Notes: a model not told the origin generated them from the sequence alone. A stretch of 64,000 nucleotides of DNA from Eledone cirrhosa (GCA_964016885.1 OZ024743.1:188232001-188296000); one strand, 5' to 3'. Shown: positions 1 to 14,411, counted from the stretch's first letter. Program-made: numbers and translations.

Positions 1-164
1 AGAGAGATATAAAATTGTATATAAATTTAGCAAAATGAATTAACATAAAAGAGAATTGAGTCAAGTCTCAGTAGAGTTGCCATTATAAAAGCTATAAACA
101 TTTTAATAGATAATCCATATTTTAAATTACATAAATTCATCTTGTGCTAAATAAGTTGGATTTT

Positions 165-530
165 TTAATGGTCCTAAATTATAGCCCCCATTTATCAAAT
201 TCATATCTATAAAATTTTGAAAATAAACTGGAATAAGAAGAAAAATACAAATAAGTATAATAGCATAAGCAAATTTACAATTTCAGATACATGATAGATA
301 TTCTAATTGCAATTGATAATATTGGATTCTAAAACAATTTACAAAGAAGTATATCCAACAGATTTAGTATTGAAACAACAATAAATTAGCCTATTTTTTA
401 GAAACAAATATCAATAAGAAACAAATAGAACAAATCATCAAGGAATTACATGATAAAAGAAATATTTGGTAATTGGATATGGGAATATCATAATTTAAGG
501 GTACTATAACTAGAAAAATATTTCATGTAA
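165..530 (+). pseudogene. Highly degraded Penelope-like reverse transcriptase fragment
   Basis: Broken-frame motifs in the expected order: G.N.AP..S..YL..FE (~170-225), FRY(I)D.IL-like (~281-305), EVYPTDLVLK (~346-375), HDKR (~449-460). Boundaries approximate. Confidence 0.45.
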
Positions 531-1399
531 TTTGGCTACGTCACTAGTGTGCAGAACAAAATCCTCTGAGTTAAAATCCTGCGGCAGTTAACTTTGCATT
601 TCATCCTTTTGGGGCCAATGTAATAAACTACCATTCCAGTACCAGAGTCAATTCTTCCTATATATCTATTTCTCACTTCTTTGTTCCCTCTGTCTACTTT
701 TCTGGAAAAAGTCAGATGCATTCCAACCTAGAGAAAGAGGACTTCAACCAGGTTTTAAATGCTCAAGCTGTGTCATGTATCAAAACTATGTCCCTATGAT
801 CCATTATGAGTTAAAGGCCCTTTACCATAAATTAGCTTACCATTTCTGGATTGGTCAAATTGTTACAGCATTGGACAAAGTGCCTTGTGGTGCTTGTTCC
901 AGCTCTTTGTATTCTGAGTTCTTGAGTGACTTTAAGTTCACTCTACTGCAAACATTCAAGTCAGGTCTCTTGTTTGAGGTTAATTCCCTCCTGTCATCCG
1001 ACCAGTCTTAGAGGCTCTGATAAATAAAAGACCATGAGTATGTCCCACTCTAAAGAAGAAGTAAAACCATGCACACATAATTTCTAATATTGGGGAAAAA
1101 CAAAATAAGAGGTTTCCAAAAATACTGTTTTGCAGAATTTTGAAAATAATATATTAATAAAGTTAAAAAGGACAGTATGGTCACAGATGGAATGTCTTTG
1201 ATCAACGGTGTTATCCTGGGGCTAAACAATAACGAAGATCCTGCATAAAACTATTATATATCAGAATATTTAAGTGTGTTCGTGTAGATCAAACTTTCGA
1301 TGATGAAACTCATGGCAGGTCACCATAAAGAACCTTGCTGGTAGTATGATTTTAACAGGAAATGTTGAACACTACCCATACCATCGTGGTGTAGGAAAC

Positions 1400-2540
1400 A
1401 TCAAGTCTCCCTGAGTGAGCGACACTGAGAATCAAGGACTCCAAACGATATAGCAAGTGTTGGAGGAAGTTTTATGCCTATGACACCTTTGATTCCTAAG
1501 ATGATTCACTGTGGATGTTGGTTATCCGTTCATCTTCAGTACATACATGAAGTGTGCAGTGTGAATGATCTGGTCTTCTATCTTGCTGCATTTACTCTGG
1601 ATACATGTAAGTTCATTTCTTATGTCCAGTTTTAGCACAAAGGGGTGAGGGCTGACATATAATACACAAACAGGTCTCTGCTGGCAGCTTTCCTATAGAA
1701 GTTGGTGCATATATTGCCTTCTTCTGTTATTCTAACTTGTAAGTCCAGCAGAGACAAGGAACCATTTTTATCAGGGTGTTCTATGGTGAATCTTATATTG
1801 TTATCTATGTTTGAGAATGTCATGGATATTATGTCAGCCTCTTCACAGGATGATGTGAGGATGAGTATATCATCTATGTATCAGGTGAAGAAGGCAGGTG
1901 TTGAGCACTGAACATTCCAGCTTGTTCTTCTAGATGGTGGCCAGTAGGCTTGGAAGACTAGATCCCATGGTTAGGCCTGTTGTTTGTTTGTTTTTATGTG
2001 TGGTGTTGGAAAGTGAAGTATGTATTAGCTATTATGACAGATAGAAGTTGATGTGTGTCTGGTTGAGTGAGGCTGAAGCAGTATATATTGTATAAAATGA
2101 TGCAGTCAGTCACTTGTCAGCTGGATGAGCGGGTACTGTCATGTAAAAAGAGATAAAATTGAGGCTGAAAGTATATCTACTGAGTTTAAGTTGGTTAGGT
2201 TGTAGTTGATGAAATCTTTGTATGACCTGTTCGATCCTGCTGACATGACTAGGAAAAGTAAAAAAGTATAGGTTTGAGGATCTGGGAGAGAAACCAGGAG
2301 ATTTTATAGAGTGGACCTTCTATACTACAGATTATAGGCCTAATCTGGAGATTAACACTGGCTTTGTGGGTTATAATGAGGTGGTAGAATGTTGGCAGTC
2401 TGCTGTTTCTGGTGGTGAAGTTGTTTTTATACTTGTTGGGAAGTTGTTTCCATCTACAGATATCTGTCCAAGTGGTGTTGATGTGGTCTTCAATTTGGTA
2501 TGCAGCTATGTCCATCCCTTTTGTATATAGTTCACCATTG
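1400..2540 (-). mobile_element. Degenerate Penelope-like element RT region
   Basis: ORF 2249-2515 has PTFYHLIITHK...IRPIICS (PLE RT N-terminus). GLTMGS at ~1960-1978, *YIDDILI at ~1860-1883. ORF 1632-1823 has FTIEHPDKNGSLSLLDL (thumb). Multiple stops and frameshifts. Confidence 0.75.
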
Positions 2541-4496
2541 CTAAGGTGTTTGTAAATGATAGTAAAAGTAAGGAGATAAAAATTTAACGTACATATATAT
2601 TCGAATTAGGTATTTACATATAACTAGGATAAATAGTTACATTTATGAGATGTGATATAACCAATGCTGAGCATGTTTTGCATGTGTTTAAAATGTACAA
2701 TATTTTTCTACAGTATTCAAATCAGGAAAGCCATTTATATTTCAAAATGAATAAAGTTTATTAAATAAAAGTCTGAAGAAGGTAATTTAGTAATATATGT
2801 AAACAGATTAAGAAATTGAAATGGACATTATAGTTTAAGGTCAAATTGATAAATTCAAATATTCTAGCAGGAAGTAAATGGTGGTCCAATATTGATGACT
2901 CCATTGCATGTTTATTGAGGATATATAAAGAAAGACTATAATTAGTGTAAATAACATGCACAATATACCTAAAGGTTACATACACATATATCTTCACATA
3001 CATACACATACCTACACATGCATTCACACACATACATTCTTTTATGTTATTTTACTGGTTTTACTCATGCGGGGCATCGCTTAAAAGAGATTTCATTGAT
3101 TATATCAACTCCAGTACTTAATTCTTTTTCAAGCTAGATATAAGGCCACACAAATTTGGTAGAAATTGCAACCAAATTTTCCTCAAATCAGTCACAATTA
3201 TCTTAGCAGCCTTGTATTGTAGCTAGAGTGAGGGCAGAGTGGGAGCATTTCTGGCATTTCTTATTTCTGCTGGCAAGAAAGGATTCTCTTTCTGAAGGAA
3301 AGGCAGACTATATGATGTTTATGTACAAACTGTGATGCTACATACTAACAAGATGTGAGCTTTGGAAGCAAGGGTTTTGCAATGACTGGAAAGAAATGAA
3401 GCCTATATGCTATGTTAGATGTGTAATGTTAGTGTACATCAAGGTTTCCCAAACTGGGAGATACCACCCACCAGTGAGTGATTTCAACTTTTGAGTGGTT
3501 GATGAGCAACTAAACAGAAAATGGTGAGCGATTGGAAATATTTGTGTACTAGGATATCCCCTAACACATTTAGGAGGGCAGTAACTCTGAATAAGAATTG
3601 ACTTGAACTGTAACAAAGACTTCAACGCATGCCAGCATTGGAGGCAGTTGTAAAAGCATTATGATAATATGTGTGTGTGTGCATGTGTGTGTGTGTATCT
3701 GTGCCTGTACATGCATGTGTGTGTGTCTGTGTGTATGTCTGTGTATACTTGTGCTTGCGTATGTATGTCTGTACCTGTGTATGTATGTGTGTGTGTACAA
3801 ATACACATATGCTTGCATGCATACATTCACACATGCATTTATACATATATATTTTATATAATAGCTTTGATCGATTCACTCTATTTTTATGTGTTGTATT
3901 CAATTAAAAATTGTTACTATATAACATAATATACGACAGGTTTTGAACCTTGAAGAAAATGTCAGAAACAGTCTCGTTTAATTTAAACGGTACATCAAAA
4001 TAAATTCCAGACAGATTAATTGCTCTTTTTATGTAAAAGTATCAAACTCAAAGACAAAGTATTAAAGCATTTTGAAGTTGTTACAATTCAGTATATTGTG
4101 AAATGGCTCTTTTAATCTGTAGATTTGAGAAGAAATCTGAACTTCTGACATGAACATATTTCAGTTTTTGCAGTAGGGCATGAGAATCATTTATGTAATT
4201 GGAAACCTTCTGTGCTTCATTTCTTTAGATGGTAACAGTGTGTGACTTTAGTCTCTTTAGATTTCCTTGTGAAAAAGAATGACATCCGTATAATACAACG
4301 TGATAAATCAGTACTATTAACTATTGTGTATATGTCACTTATAATTATGATGTAAATATAAAATCAATATCAAGATATTAGAAAGCGCCATGCACATAGA
4401 TCACTATTTCTGTGTCCAACATTTAATTCACATTTCCTGTCTATCTATCTATCTATCTATCTATCTGTCTGTCTGCCTGGCTATTTATGTCTCCCT

Positions 4497-4549
<53 letters not shown>

Positions 4550-5419
4550 CTGTCTGTCTATCTGTCTACCTATCTATCTATTTGTCTGCAGTTAATCTAT
4601 CTATCTACCAATCTTATGGTTTTATTACCATCATACAATATAGGCTTTGCCAAGAACTCTGATGTGACCCTTATTGAATATCCCTTTCCTTCAATCTCCA
4701 GATATAGGCTGAGGGTTGAGCCATGTTCCTTTTAACTGGATCACAAAATGAATGGTTGTGCATGTGGTACCATAGCTTGAATCTATTAGCTATTAAATCT
4801 ATATAAGCTTTATTAGTGACTGTGTTACTAAACCTACATTTATACACTATATTGCTAGTTAAACACTCCCTCTCGGGTGAACAATTCTTCCTATTTTTAC
4901 AATAATGAATTATCAGGAACTAAACAGTATCATTCATAGTCAGTCTAAACTGAAAGGGGTCTTTTTAATCTCTTAATGTTTTAGGAGCTGTGATGGGGAC
5001 TTGGATCTAGTATCAGCGCCATATAAAACACATCAAATATCACTAGCAAAGTTTGTGCAATCTACATAGACCAAGTCAATATTGAAGCAGGGCTATTGAC
5101 CTCTCAGATTGTCTCAGGAATCTGCATCTCACTTAAATACAACCTCATGTTCTAACAAATGCACAGTAGGGGTTGTCACAATTTGACACAACGGAAGGTT
5201 CCTTCCAACCCTTTGTCTGGCAAGCTTTCTATGGCTGAATGCCCTTCTTATCTCCAACCACTTTACAGCATGTACTGGGTGTGTTTATTGTGAAGATCAC
5301 TAGCACTAGGGAGGCTGTCATGTCCTTGACACATGAGGTATAATATCTGGAGATCTAGTAGTGATGGAAACCTTTCACTATTATTGAGTTTTACTGGAGT
5401 ATGCTGCCCAGTAATTTTA

Positions 5420-5573
5420 AAATTGTATGGTAAAGCTGATGACTTAGCTGTAGAAATATACTGAGTAAAGAGGGACAACAAAGGAAATAACATTAAATTG
5501 TATGGCAAAGCTGATGATTTAGTTGAAGGAATATACTGGGAAAAGAGAGATGACAAAGGAAATAACATCAAAT
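5420..5573. repeat. Diverged two-copy tandem duplication (~75-bp unit)
   Basis: aaattgtatgg.aaagctgatga.ttag...aaaggaaataacat.aaatt occurs twice in tandem. Confidence 0.7.
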
Positions 5574-6289
5574 TTTAATCATACAAATTGTCTGGTATTT
5601 AATTTTTAAAAACTGTGATAAAAGATTTCCATTCTTTTGATGAAAACAAATACAATATCCGGTGCATTGCAGGATAAATGAATTCACAAGTTTAACGACT
5701 GAAAGACAGTTTACTCCTAAACAAAAGACTTTTAATCTCATCTTTTAGAATTAGAAACACTCATAAAAATAATACTAACTATGAATAAAAAAAAATATTA
5801 AATTAAAGAGAATGTTATCAGTTTCTTAAATAGATGGTATTATAACTATTATTATCAGTACAACAACTATTATTGTCATCATGATCATCATCATGATCAT
5901 CATGATCATCATCATGATCATCATTATCATTATTATTTATTTATTTATAGTTTTAATTTTTTTTGTTTCTTGGTTATTGTTTTCTATTTATTTTTTTTCG
6001 TTTTTATTTCTTTAAATTTCCATTCATGCTAATTGGCTTCTATTTACTTTCATTAGCAGTTAAACATAATTTCATTCAAACAAGAACAAAACATAGTTTC
6101 GGATCTGATGAATCTTATCAAGGAAAAACAAATAGAGAAGAAGAAGATGATGAAAAAAAACAAAAGGAAATATCTTACAAATAACAACAACAATGGGGTA
6201 ACAACAAACCTTTTTAGTAAACAACAAAACAACAGCAGAAAAAATAACAATAGCTGCAGTAATAATATAATTAACAACAACAACAACAG

Positions 6290-6850
6290 CAATAATAATA
6301 ATAATAATAATTATTATTATTATTATTATTATCATTATTATTATTATTGTTCTTTGAGTCTCAGTCATTGATGTTAGTTAACTGGAAAGTTTGTTGAAAT
6401 GAATATCAAGCCACTACCTGCAACCTCAGATATTCAGGACATATCGGAGAGTTCTTGCTGTTCCCAGCAAGCATGCCTTTTGAAACGTTCCAAAAAGCGT
6501 GGTTGGGCCAATTTTCTTTAGCCATCCCTGGAAACTTTTTGAGATAGTACCTAGTGCACCTATGACAATCGGGATACTTTGACTTCATCGCAGTTCCAAA
6601 TCCTTTTTACCTCCCACTTTAAGTCCTGGTATCGGTTAATTTTCTCCCTCTCCTTCTCTTGCACTCTCGTGTCGAATGGGCAGGCCACATCCACAATCAG
6701 GCACGATCTTTTTTCTTTGTCCAAAACCACCAGGTCAGCTCTATTGTGTTCCAGTTTCTTGTCCGTCTGTATCCTAAAATCCCACAGCACCTTCACCTGA
6801 TCGTTTTCTATCACCGCCTCTGGCTTATGCTCATACCACTTCTCAGAATG
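6290..6850 (-). mobile_element. 5'-truncated 3' end of an R4/Dong-like non-LTR retrotransposon (restriction-like endonuclease)
   Basis: ORF 6560-6814 KVLWDFRIQTD..HNRADLVVLDK..CLIVDVACPFD..EKINRYQDL is the typical RLE signature. A simple-repeat (TAA-type) tail lies at ~6290-6348. Confidence 0.85.
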
Positions 6851-7020
6851 TGGTAAATTGTTTACTTTATTTTATTATTATTATTGTGTCGAATGTGGTA
6901 AATTGTTTACTTTATTTTATTATTATTATCGTGTCGAATGGGCAGGCCACATCCACAATCAGGCACAATCTTTTTTCCTTGTCCAAAACCACCAGGTCAG
7001 ATCTATTGTGTTCCAGTTTA

Positions 7021-7067
<47 letters not shown>

Positions 7068-7081
7068 TTTTTTTTTTTTTT

Positions 7082-7454
7082 TAAAGGAAAATCAGGGTAG
7101 AGAGGGAAGTGCTCTCTTCCCAGCTTTTTGTTGAAAGATGGGTGAGAGAAGCACGAATGGCCCGAGTGAATGGGCCTACTCTGAGTATATATCTGTAAAT
7201 TAAAGGTGGAAAACTGGGAGAGGGCACTTGCCTTGGTGGTCAGGGTCATTGTGGCTTTTTACTGGACTTTCTCCACAAATGTCCCTCCGAAGTCTCCCCC
7301 CTATTGGGGAATTTTTCATTGTTATTTCTTGTTACATCCTCTGTTTTTGTTTTTACACGCAGAAATGCCCATTTGTACCGTCCTGCATTGTCCTGCACTG
7401 TCCTTAATGTCTACTTTATGTAAACCCTTGTGGTTAATAAAGAAATCATTATTA

Positions 7455-7494
<40 letters not shown>

Positions 7495-7505
7495 TATTAT
7501 TATTA
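7082..7505 (+). mobile_element. 3' end of an L1/Tx1-like LINE (ORF2 C-terminus, 3' UTR, AATAAA, (ATT)n tail)
   Basis: Reads ...RVEREVLSSQLFVERW...IYL*, then a UTR with AATAAA at ~7436 and an ATT tail. An inverted homologous copy lies at 34168-34498. Clade assignment is inferred. Confidence 0.6.
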
Positions 7506-7821
7506 TTATTATCGTTGTTGTTGTTGTTGTTCTTCTTGTTGTCCTACTTCTTGTATATAATAAGAACAGTGGATTGGCAGAATAGTTAGATAACCGGACA
7601 AAATGCTTTGCAATATTTAGTTATAATTTTTACATTCTACGTTCAAATCCTGCTGTGGTCAACTAGACATTTCATCCAGCTAGACTTAATAAAATGAAGT
7701 ACCAACTAACTACTGGGGTTGTTATTATCGACTTACCCCTTCCCCACAAATCATTGGCTTTGTGCTTAAATTAAGGATTATTATTATTATGATTACTATA
7801 CCCCCCTCACCACTACCACCC

Positions 7822-8290
7822 TGCCAATGGACTCTAATTGATATTGTGATCCCTCAAGACCACAATGTTGCTGCAAAGAAATGGATAAATATGCAAATCT
7901 TGCAGGAGCACCATGTAGGGACACAAGCCATGTCAGTCATCATTGAGGCACTTTATCTTGGTTATGGTGTTGGTGGTTTTGTTGATGATGTTGGTGGTGG
8001 TTTTGTTGGTGATGGTGATGGCGTGGTGGTGGTTTTGTTGGTAATGATGATGGTGGTGGTGGTTTTGTTAGTGATGTTGGTGGTGGTGGCTTTGTTGTTG
8101 ATTATGGTGGTGGTGGTCTGTTGTTGATGGTGGTGGTGGTGGTTTTGTTGTTGATGGTGGTGGTGGTATGGTCCCTAAATTCCTTACATCTTTCATCAAA
8201 AGCTTTGGGATCCCCAACATCATAGGCAGTGCCTAAATTTCTACCATCACTAGCACTGCCAGAATCCTATGTGATATATTGAGCCCCTGA
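7822..8290 (+). pseudogene. RLE-domain 3' fragment of an R4-like LINE split by a (GGT/GTT/GAT)n tract
   Basis: TLIDIVIPQDHNV..., VIIEAL, then the repeat, then GMVPK...TARIL.DIL, which matches the RLE C-terminus. Confidence 0.6.
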
Positions 8291-9163
8291 GATCAGGAAC
8301 TGATCTGGGGTCAATTAACATGCATCACCTAGCAACTAATTCCTAGAGAAGCCTTATAAAAAAAAAATATATTATCATTATTATTATCTTTATGAAATCC
8401 ATATGGATTAAAGATGAAGCTAACCATGGCAGGATTTAAACTCAGAACGTAAAGGGCCGTAACTCTATGTTGCAAAGCTTGTTGTCCGATGTACTACTGA
8501 TTTTGCCAAACTACCATCCTATTTATAAATGTAACAATAGTAATGATAATAATAAAATTATTATTATTTTTATCATTATTATTATTACATTTATAAATGA
8601 TGTTGCTGATGATGATTATCGTAATATCAGTGATAACAAGAAAATATTGTCATTAATAATAGTAAGAAAAATACAACATAATTACAAAAATAAAGAAAAA
8701 GAAGAATTATATTGCAAATGTTTTATGCTCATCACTTGTGTACACTGTGTTGTTATGTGTATTCTAATTGCTACAATTCACAGTAGAATAACGATGATGC
8801 TAACAAAAAGACAAAAGAGAGAAAGAAAAAAGGAAAGGAATATAAAAGAAAGGAATTCCCTACATTTTTGTTGTTGTTTTTATATCTTATAAGGTTTGAT
8901 ACAATTTTCCAAAGTTGTATAAAGACAAACAATAAATATTATTACCAACAAACAATAAATATTATGTAACTACAAAAAAAAAACTGATCAGAGGATATCT
9001 TTATCTCTTGTTTGCTTTCTTGTGGCTTATAGCTTTTGTGGGAATGGTCAAATTACTTGGAATGTTTGTCTTAATGTTAGAAGATATCTTTATATATATA
9101 TATATATAAGATACAGAAGCAAAAACCAATCCAAACCAAACAGTGTCTTTTATTATTATTTCA

Positions 9164-9356
9164 GGGTGGTGAATTGGCAGTATCAGTAGAGGGTTGGACG
9201 CCATGCTTTCCAGCATAGTTACGTCCCTTTACAGTCTGAGTTCAAATCCCGTCGAGGTTAACTTTGCCTTTCATGCTTACGGGTTCGATAAAATAAAGTA
9301 CCAGTAATGTATTGGGTAATTGCTGGCCTTGTGCCAAAATTAGAAACAATTATTAT
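9164..9356 (+). mobile_element. tRNA-derived SINE with Meta/MESC-like core (family A)
   Basis: A-box-like TGGCAGTATC and B-box GAGTTCAAATCC, core TTGCCTTTCAT...CGATAAAATAAAGTACCAG, (ATT)n tail. Many copies in this window. Confidence 0.85.
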
Positions 9357-9495
9357 TTCAGGCAATATTATAACAACATGATCCTCCCCAAATATAACAA
9401 TATATATATTAAGACCCTCTTCCTGCTATTTCAAGCATTAACCTAATATATTCCTTCCATATACTGTACCGATTGTGTTGTTATTTCTGTTTTCC

Positions 9496-9588
<93 letters not shown>

Positions 9589-9819
9589 AAAGTAATAACA
9601 AAAAAAAACAAAAAAAACGGCACAGTACAAGGAAGAGAGTTTTAACATTTCAGCACTAGTCCTTCATCAGATGATAGAGTTAGAAATAGAAGATAAATAG
9701 AAAGTAAAGAGTGATGAGAAGAAGGAACGGGGAAAATGAGAAAAAGTTTGGGGAGGACAAAAACACACACATGCATATTCAGTCCGCCATATATCATCAT
9801 CATCATCGTCACCATTTAA

Positions 9820-10039
9820 CCCTTTAGCATTTAAACCGGCCGTATCCAGCCATAATCTCTCACCTCTGTTTGTTCAAACTGGCCGTAACTGGCTACTCAT
9901 ACTGACGTTAAGATATTGTTCTCAAAATAAATAACATCAAAATCTCATAGATTCGATATTATGTGAGATAATTATGTAAGATAAAGCCTTTACAATGAAA
10001 ATACAATAGTAAATATAGAGTAATGTAAATGCTAAAGAG
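9820..10039. mobile_element. piggyBac-type MITE
   Basis: TTAA|CCCTTTAGCATTTA ... TAAATGCTAAAGAG|TTAA: terminal inverted repeats with TTAA target duplications (9816-9819, 10040-10043). Confidence 0.75.
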
Positions 10040-10133
10040 TTAAAGTCTACCTTCCACACTAATATATATATAGTAAGATGTGCACTAGCAACCAAAGTGT
10101 ATGATGTAGTTATATTTGTATAAATACAAAGTT

Positions 10134-10181
10134 TGTATCGGAGGCCTATGTATCGGAGGCCTATGTATCGGAGACCTATGT
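10134..10181. repeat. 15-bp minisatellite, 3 copies
   Basis: tgtatcggag(g/a)ccta repeated three times. Confidence 0.85.
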
Positions 10182-10689
10182 ATATAAATAAATACACATA
10201 TCTAATATGTAGGCATGTGGACATGCCAGAAAATACAAATTTCTCATTGTAATCTGATTAGAAGACATGTGTATCATCTGATCAACCACAACGAAAAATG
10301 TATTTGATGGGTGTATATATATATACACCCAATCACTGTTAGTATTATTCTTAAAATGGACGCACTAATTTGCATATAATTAGTGCTTCTGGACAGGAGT
10401 AGCTATATAAGTAAAAGCAAAAACCAAAATGCCTCAGTGTGAGTGTGTCTGTGAAACATATACAAGTACATCAGGTCCGGACACAAAGGAAATAAACTTT
10501 TACTGTCACCACCTCCATTTTTCCTGCTCTCCCCATCTCTTACTATAGATGCTTGTGTTGGTAATTAATTAAGAAAGAAGTAAGAAATACATTAAGAAAT
10601 ATACTAGCAACTGAAGTGCTTGCTAAAGTTATATCTGCATAACTGTGTGTAACTCTGGCAGCACCAATGTGTATACATATAAAGTCTAA

Positions 10690-10960
10690 AGTCTGTCTTA
10701 AGCCAGAAGGCTCATTTGGCCGGTGCTTATCCCGGTTTCATGGTGTGAAGTGACTGAGAGTACAAGACTTGCCCCTGGACAGGACACCAGTCCATCGCAA
10801 GGTTAACCCATGCAGCTAATGCTGGTACTCATTTTCAGCTGAGTATACTGGAGCAATGTGAAATGAAGTGTTTTGCTCAAGAACACAGTACGCAAGCCAG
10901 GAATCGAACCCACAACAGTATGATCGCAAGTCCCACACCCTTATCGCGAGGCCATGTATC
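10690..10960 (-). mobile_element. tRNA-derived CORE-like SINE (family B)
   Basis: Minus strand has a tRNA-like head with GGTTCGATTCC, followed by TGTGTTCTTGAGCAAAACACTTCATTTCACATTGCTCC. Partial homologues at ~17015-17135 and ~38615-38712. Confidence 0.75.
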
Positions 10961-12727
10961 TCCATGTATATATATATGCACATATCTAATATGTAAGCCT
11001 GTCCATCTTCAGAATAATACTATGAGCAAATGGGAATATTTATCCATGTTTCCTTGTGGTTGATTGGATGATGTACATGTCTTCTGATAAGGGTCTAATA
11101 AGACCCCAAAATTAATTAAAGATGTTTATCATTTTTTCAATTTACAAAGTAATTTGTATTTTCTGGCATGCTCACATGCCTACATATTAGATATGTGTAT
11201 ATATTTATACATGTTAGTGCAGTCTTGGTTACACAATCTGTATTTTTACAGATATAACTTTGTTAATGTATATTTATATATATGTTTTACATCCAATTTT
11301 CCATTTTTGCATGAGCTAGGTTTTTTAAATACACCACCACCACCACCACCGCCACCGCCAGCACCACCACCACCAAAGTAATTGTTTATACAATTGGATG
11401 CTCATTTTTTTCTCTTGTTCATATTCAACTGTGATGACCAGTTTTATTAAACCAGTCAGGCACACTGAAGCAAGTAGAGTTGCATGCTTTGACAATGATC
11501 ACAGTACAATGATTGAAGTAGTAACCTTGTATTCAGTAGTCTGGCAGATTAGCCTTCACAGATAATGGACCATCAGCTTAATTAGATGTGTACTGTGTAA
11601 ATGTTTAAGGCTATGTCAGTGGAGGAAGTATAGCAGCATTCATGGTTCCAAGACTTTTAGGAGAAAAGAATGAGAGATTATTACTCATCATATAACATCA
11701 ATCCAAGGGGCATCTGCAGTATTTCTGTCTGTCCAATTTTTCTCACAAGGCTTCAATTGACACATGTTCAAGGAACCATGCAGTGAGATTAAAGTTGGAA
11801 CCATGTGACTGCAATGGAATCTACTTAATGTTACTTCTCTACCATGTAAATCTGAATAAGTTGATATAATGCTGATCTTTCAACTGACATTTCGTTTGTT
11901 TGTCTGTCCATCTTCTGTAACCTACTTTGTCAATTTCCAAAGCTTTTTAATCTAATAATCTAATTGAAAATGACATGCATTTACCAGGAAAAATCCCAGA
12001 TGCAAACAGTGGGGTATTTCACAATGAATTACTCAACTCTATATGATAATTGTAGATGATATTTAATAGTTAATTAGAAAAGAATGATATTTTACAGTTA
12101 ATTAGAAAACAAAATTGTGGCAAAGACATATATAGTATTCCAGAATAGTGTATCAGTTATTGAAGATCAATATTTCAAGCTGTATTGAAGATTTTGTTAG
12201 GTTCAGTACAACTTGTGATATATTCACTTACTTATATTGTAAAAAAGCTATATGGGTTGCTTATAGAAATCGTGTGTTAGTATAGAGTTGACTGTAAATA
12301 TAAATTATACCTTATGGCAAATCTTCCTGTATAAAATAAATGCATGTATGTTCCAAATTGTAGGCAATAGTTTTGCACTGAGGTAGCTGATAGGCTATGT
12401 AACATTTCATGAAATTTGTTCTTTTTAGTTCTAAACAGAAAAAACAAACAAAAGTGTGACCCTCAAGCTCTGCAGTAGACATTGGAAAAAGTTACTGATT
12501 AGAAAAACAATTAATTTAAAGCAATTAGGTATAGTACTTTGAAAAAAGCATGTTTTTCAAGAATATAAAAATTGGAAGCAGACAAACTTTATTTTATATT
12601 TTATATTTGTTATCTTATTTTGTTTGTGTGGAAGCTCAATGTGAACCAAGTTCTGGGTGGGTTTGATGATACAATTATGAGTGAAACTTCATTTCCAGGC
12701 AAATTGAAGTTTGTCAGCATCTTTTAA

Positions 12728-12951
12728 CTCTTTGATATCATAATGTCTAATGAAAAGCACTGTCTATGATTTTCAAATCATTTTGGAAATGATCAGGAAT
12801 TTCGAGGGATTTAGTAAAAAACATAATTAAGCTAATGTTTAGAACATGTTTTCAAACTCTGATGGAAGAGTTTTAGATATAAACACTCTAAAACAAACAA
12901 TTCCGTATTATAGAACCATGTATTGTTTCTGATATTTTGGTATCAAAAGAG
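12728..12951. mobile_element. piggyBac-type MITE (older)
   Basis: TTAA|CTCTTTGATATCA ... TGGTATCAAAAGAG|TTAA imperfect TIRs with TTAA flanks. Confidence 0.65.
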
Positions 12952-14411
12952 TTAAATAAAAATTAAGAAAACTATGATACATTTGTGTGGATATATTTAT
13001 TTTAGGTAGTTATAGACACAGGCATGGCTGGGTGTGACTACTAGTTAGTAAATAAAGAGACAGTTTTGCTGTATATACTTGTTCAGTAGAAACCAACACC
13101 ACCTCTGTTTCTTTTACTTAATGTACAGACTTTCAATCATTTGAATAACTATTAAAGAAAGTAATAGATTACATAAGTCAGAAACAGCACAAGAAGGATT
13201 TCTATGGAAATTAGAGTAACTTTAGATATTAATGATTTCAATTTTACTCCTGGCTTTGAAATATTTCCATTGCTATTTTGTATTGATAAATGCTTTTTTT
13301 TTTTTCAGTGTAGAGAAGGTGAACAATTAAGGTATAAATAAATTATCAGTAATATTTAAGGAGTTGCTGTTGTGATATGAAGCATCAATATATTTGTACA
13401 GACTGGCTCTTTGGTTTTGCTTCACACTTGACCAAGGAATCAGAAGACATCACAAGTGTGAGGTGTCAACGTGTGATTCAACAATGAAAAAATGTACTAA
13501 GAATTAATAAACGTTAAATACAATATCTAAAGCAAGAATTGAAACTGCTTTGAAAACAACATAGCAACATTCATAGCAACAGCTCCATTGCACAGAATAG
13601 ACAAATGAAATCAATAGACTGTAACAATTGCTCAGTTAGAATCAGAAATACAAGATAGAAGTGTTAGGTAAAAGAATAAAGAAAGAAAGAAATCAAAGTT
13701 TCAATTCATATATCAAACAACAGTGATTGATTCCTGAGGCTGGCTAACGGGTAAAAGTTTCTGAATAACAAGTGTTTGGTAAGGTTTGTGAAAACATCAA
13801 TCAAGTTAGACAGTAAGATATCAGGTGTACAAACATTCTAGTGTCTTCAGGGTATAATAAAGGAAGGGAAATGCTGTAACCAAATTTGTTGCTTCTAAAT
13901 CGTATTTTAAACATCAGCTAATGCAATGAGCTGGAAGAAACAGTAAAATGTTAAACTGAATACTCTACAGCATTTAGATCCAATACTATACAGAAATAAA
14001 TACTATAGAAATAAATAAAAAAGGTCAAATTGTTAAGGTCGATTTAGCCTTTTACTGAAACTCATGTAAAATGTCGATGGATACTAATAATATAATAGGG
14101 TTGTAGGTGACAAATTGGCAGAGTTTTAGGGTATCAGATTATATAACTCAATATTTGTTGTGGCTCACAGCAAAAGTTTAAATACTACTGTGGTCAACTT
14201 TGCTCTTCATCATTTCAAGTTCGAAAAAAGAAAAGGCCGATGCTTTGTAGTGTTTGTTAAGGCTTTGTGCATTCTGAGTTTAAATCCCACCTCCTCTCAC
14301 CAGAAAAATGGTGATGCATCCATCTGAAGTTATAACTAGTAGATAACATATACTAAGCTGGGCACTCTGGGAAGAGATGAGTCTCCTCAAATATCTACTG
14401 AATTATGTTCA

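Noticed and set aside
3438-3660. hAT-like terminus CAAGGTTTCCCAAACT
   Set aside because: No matching second TIR or TSD found.
9164-9260. tRNA gene calls at the SINE heads
   Set aside because: Only A/B boxes are present, with no full cloverleaf, and they are followed by a SINE core and tail.
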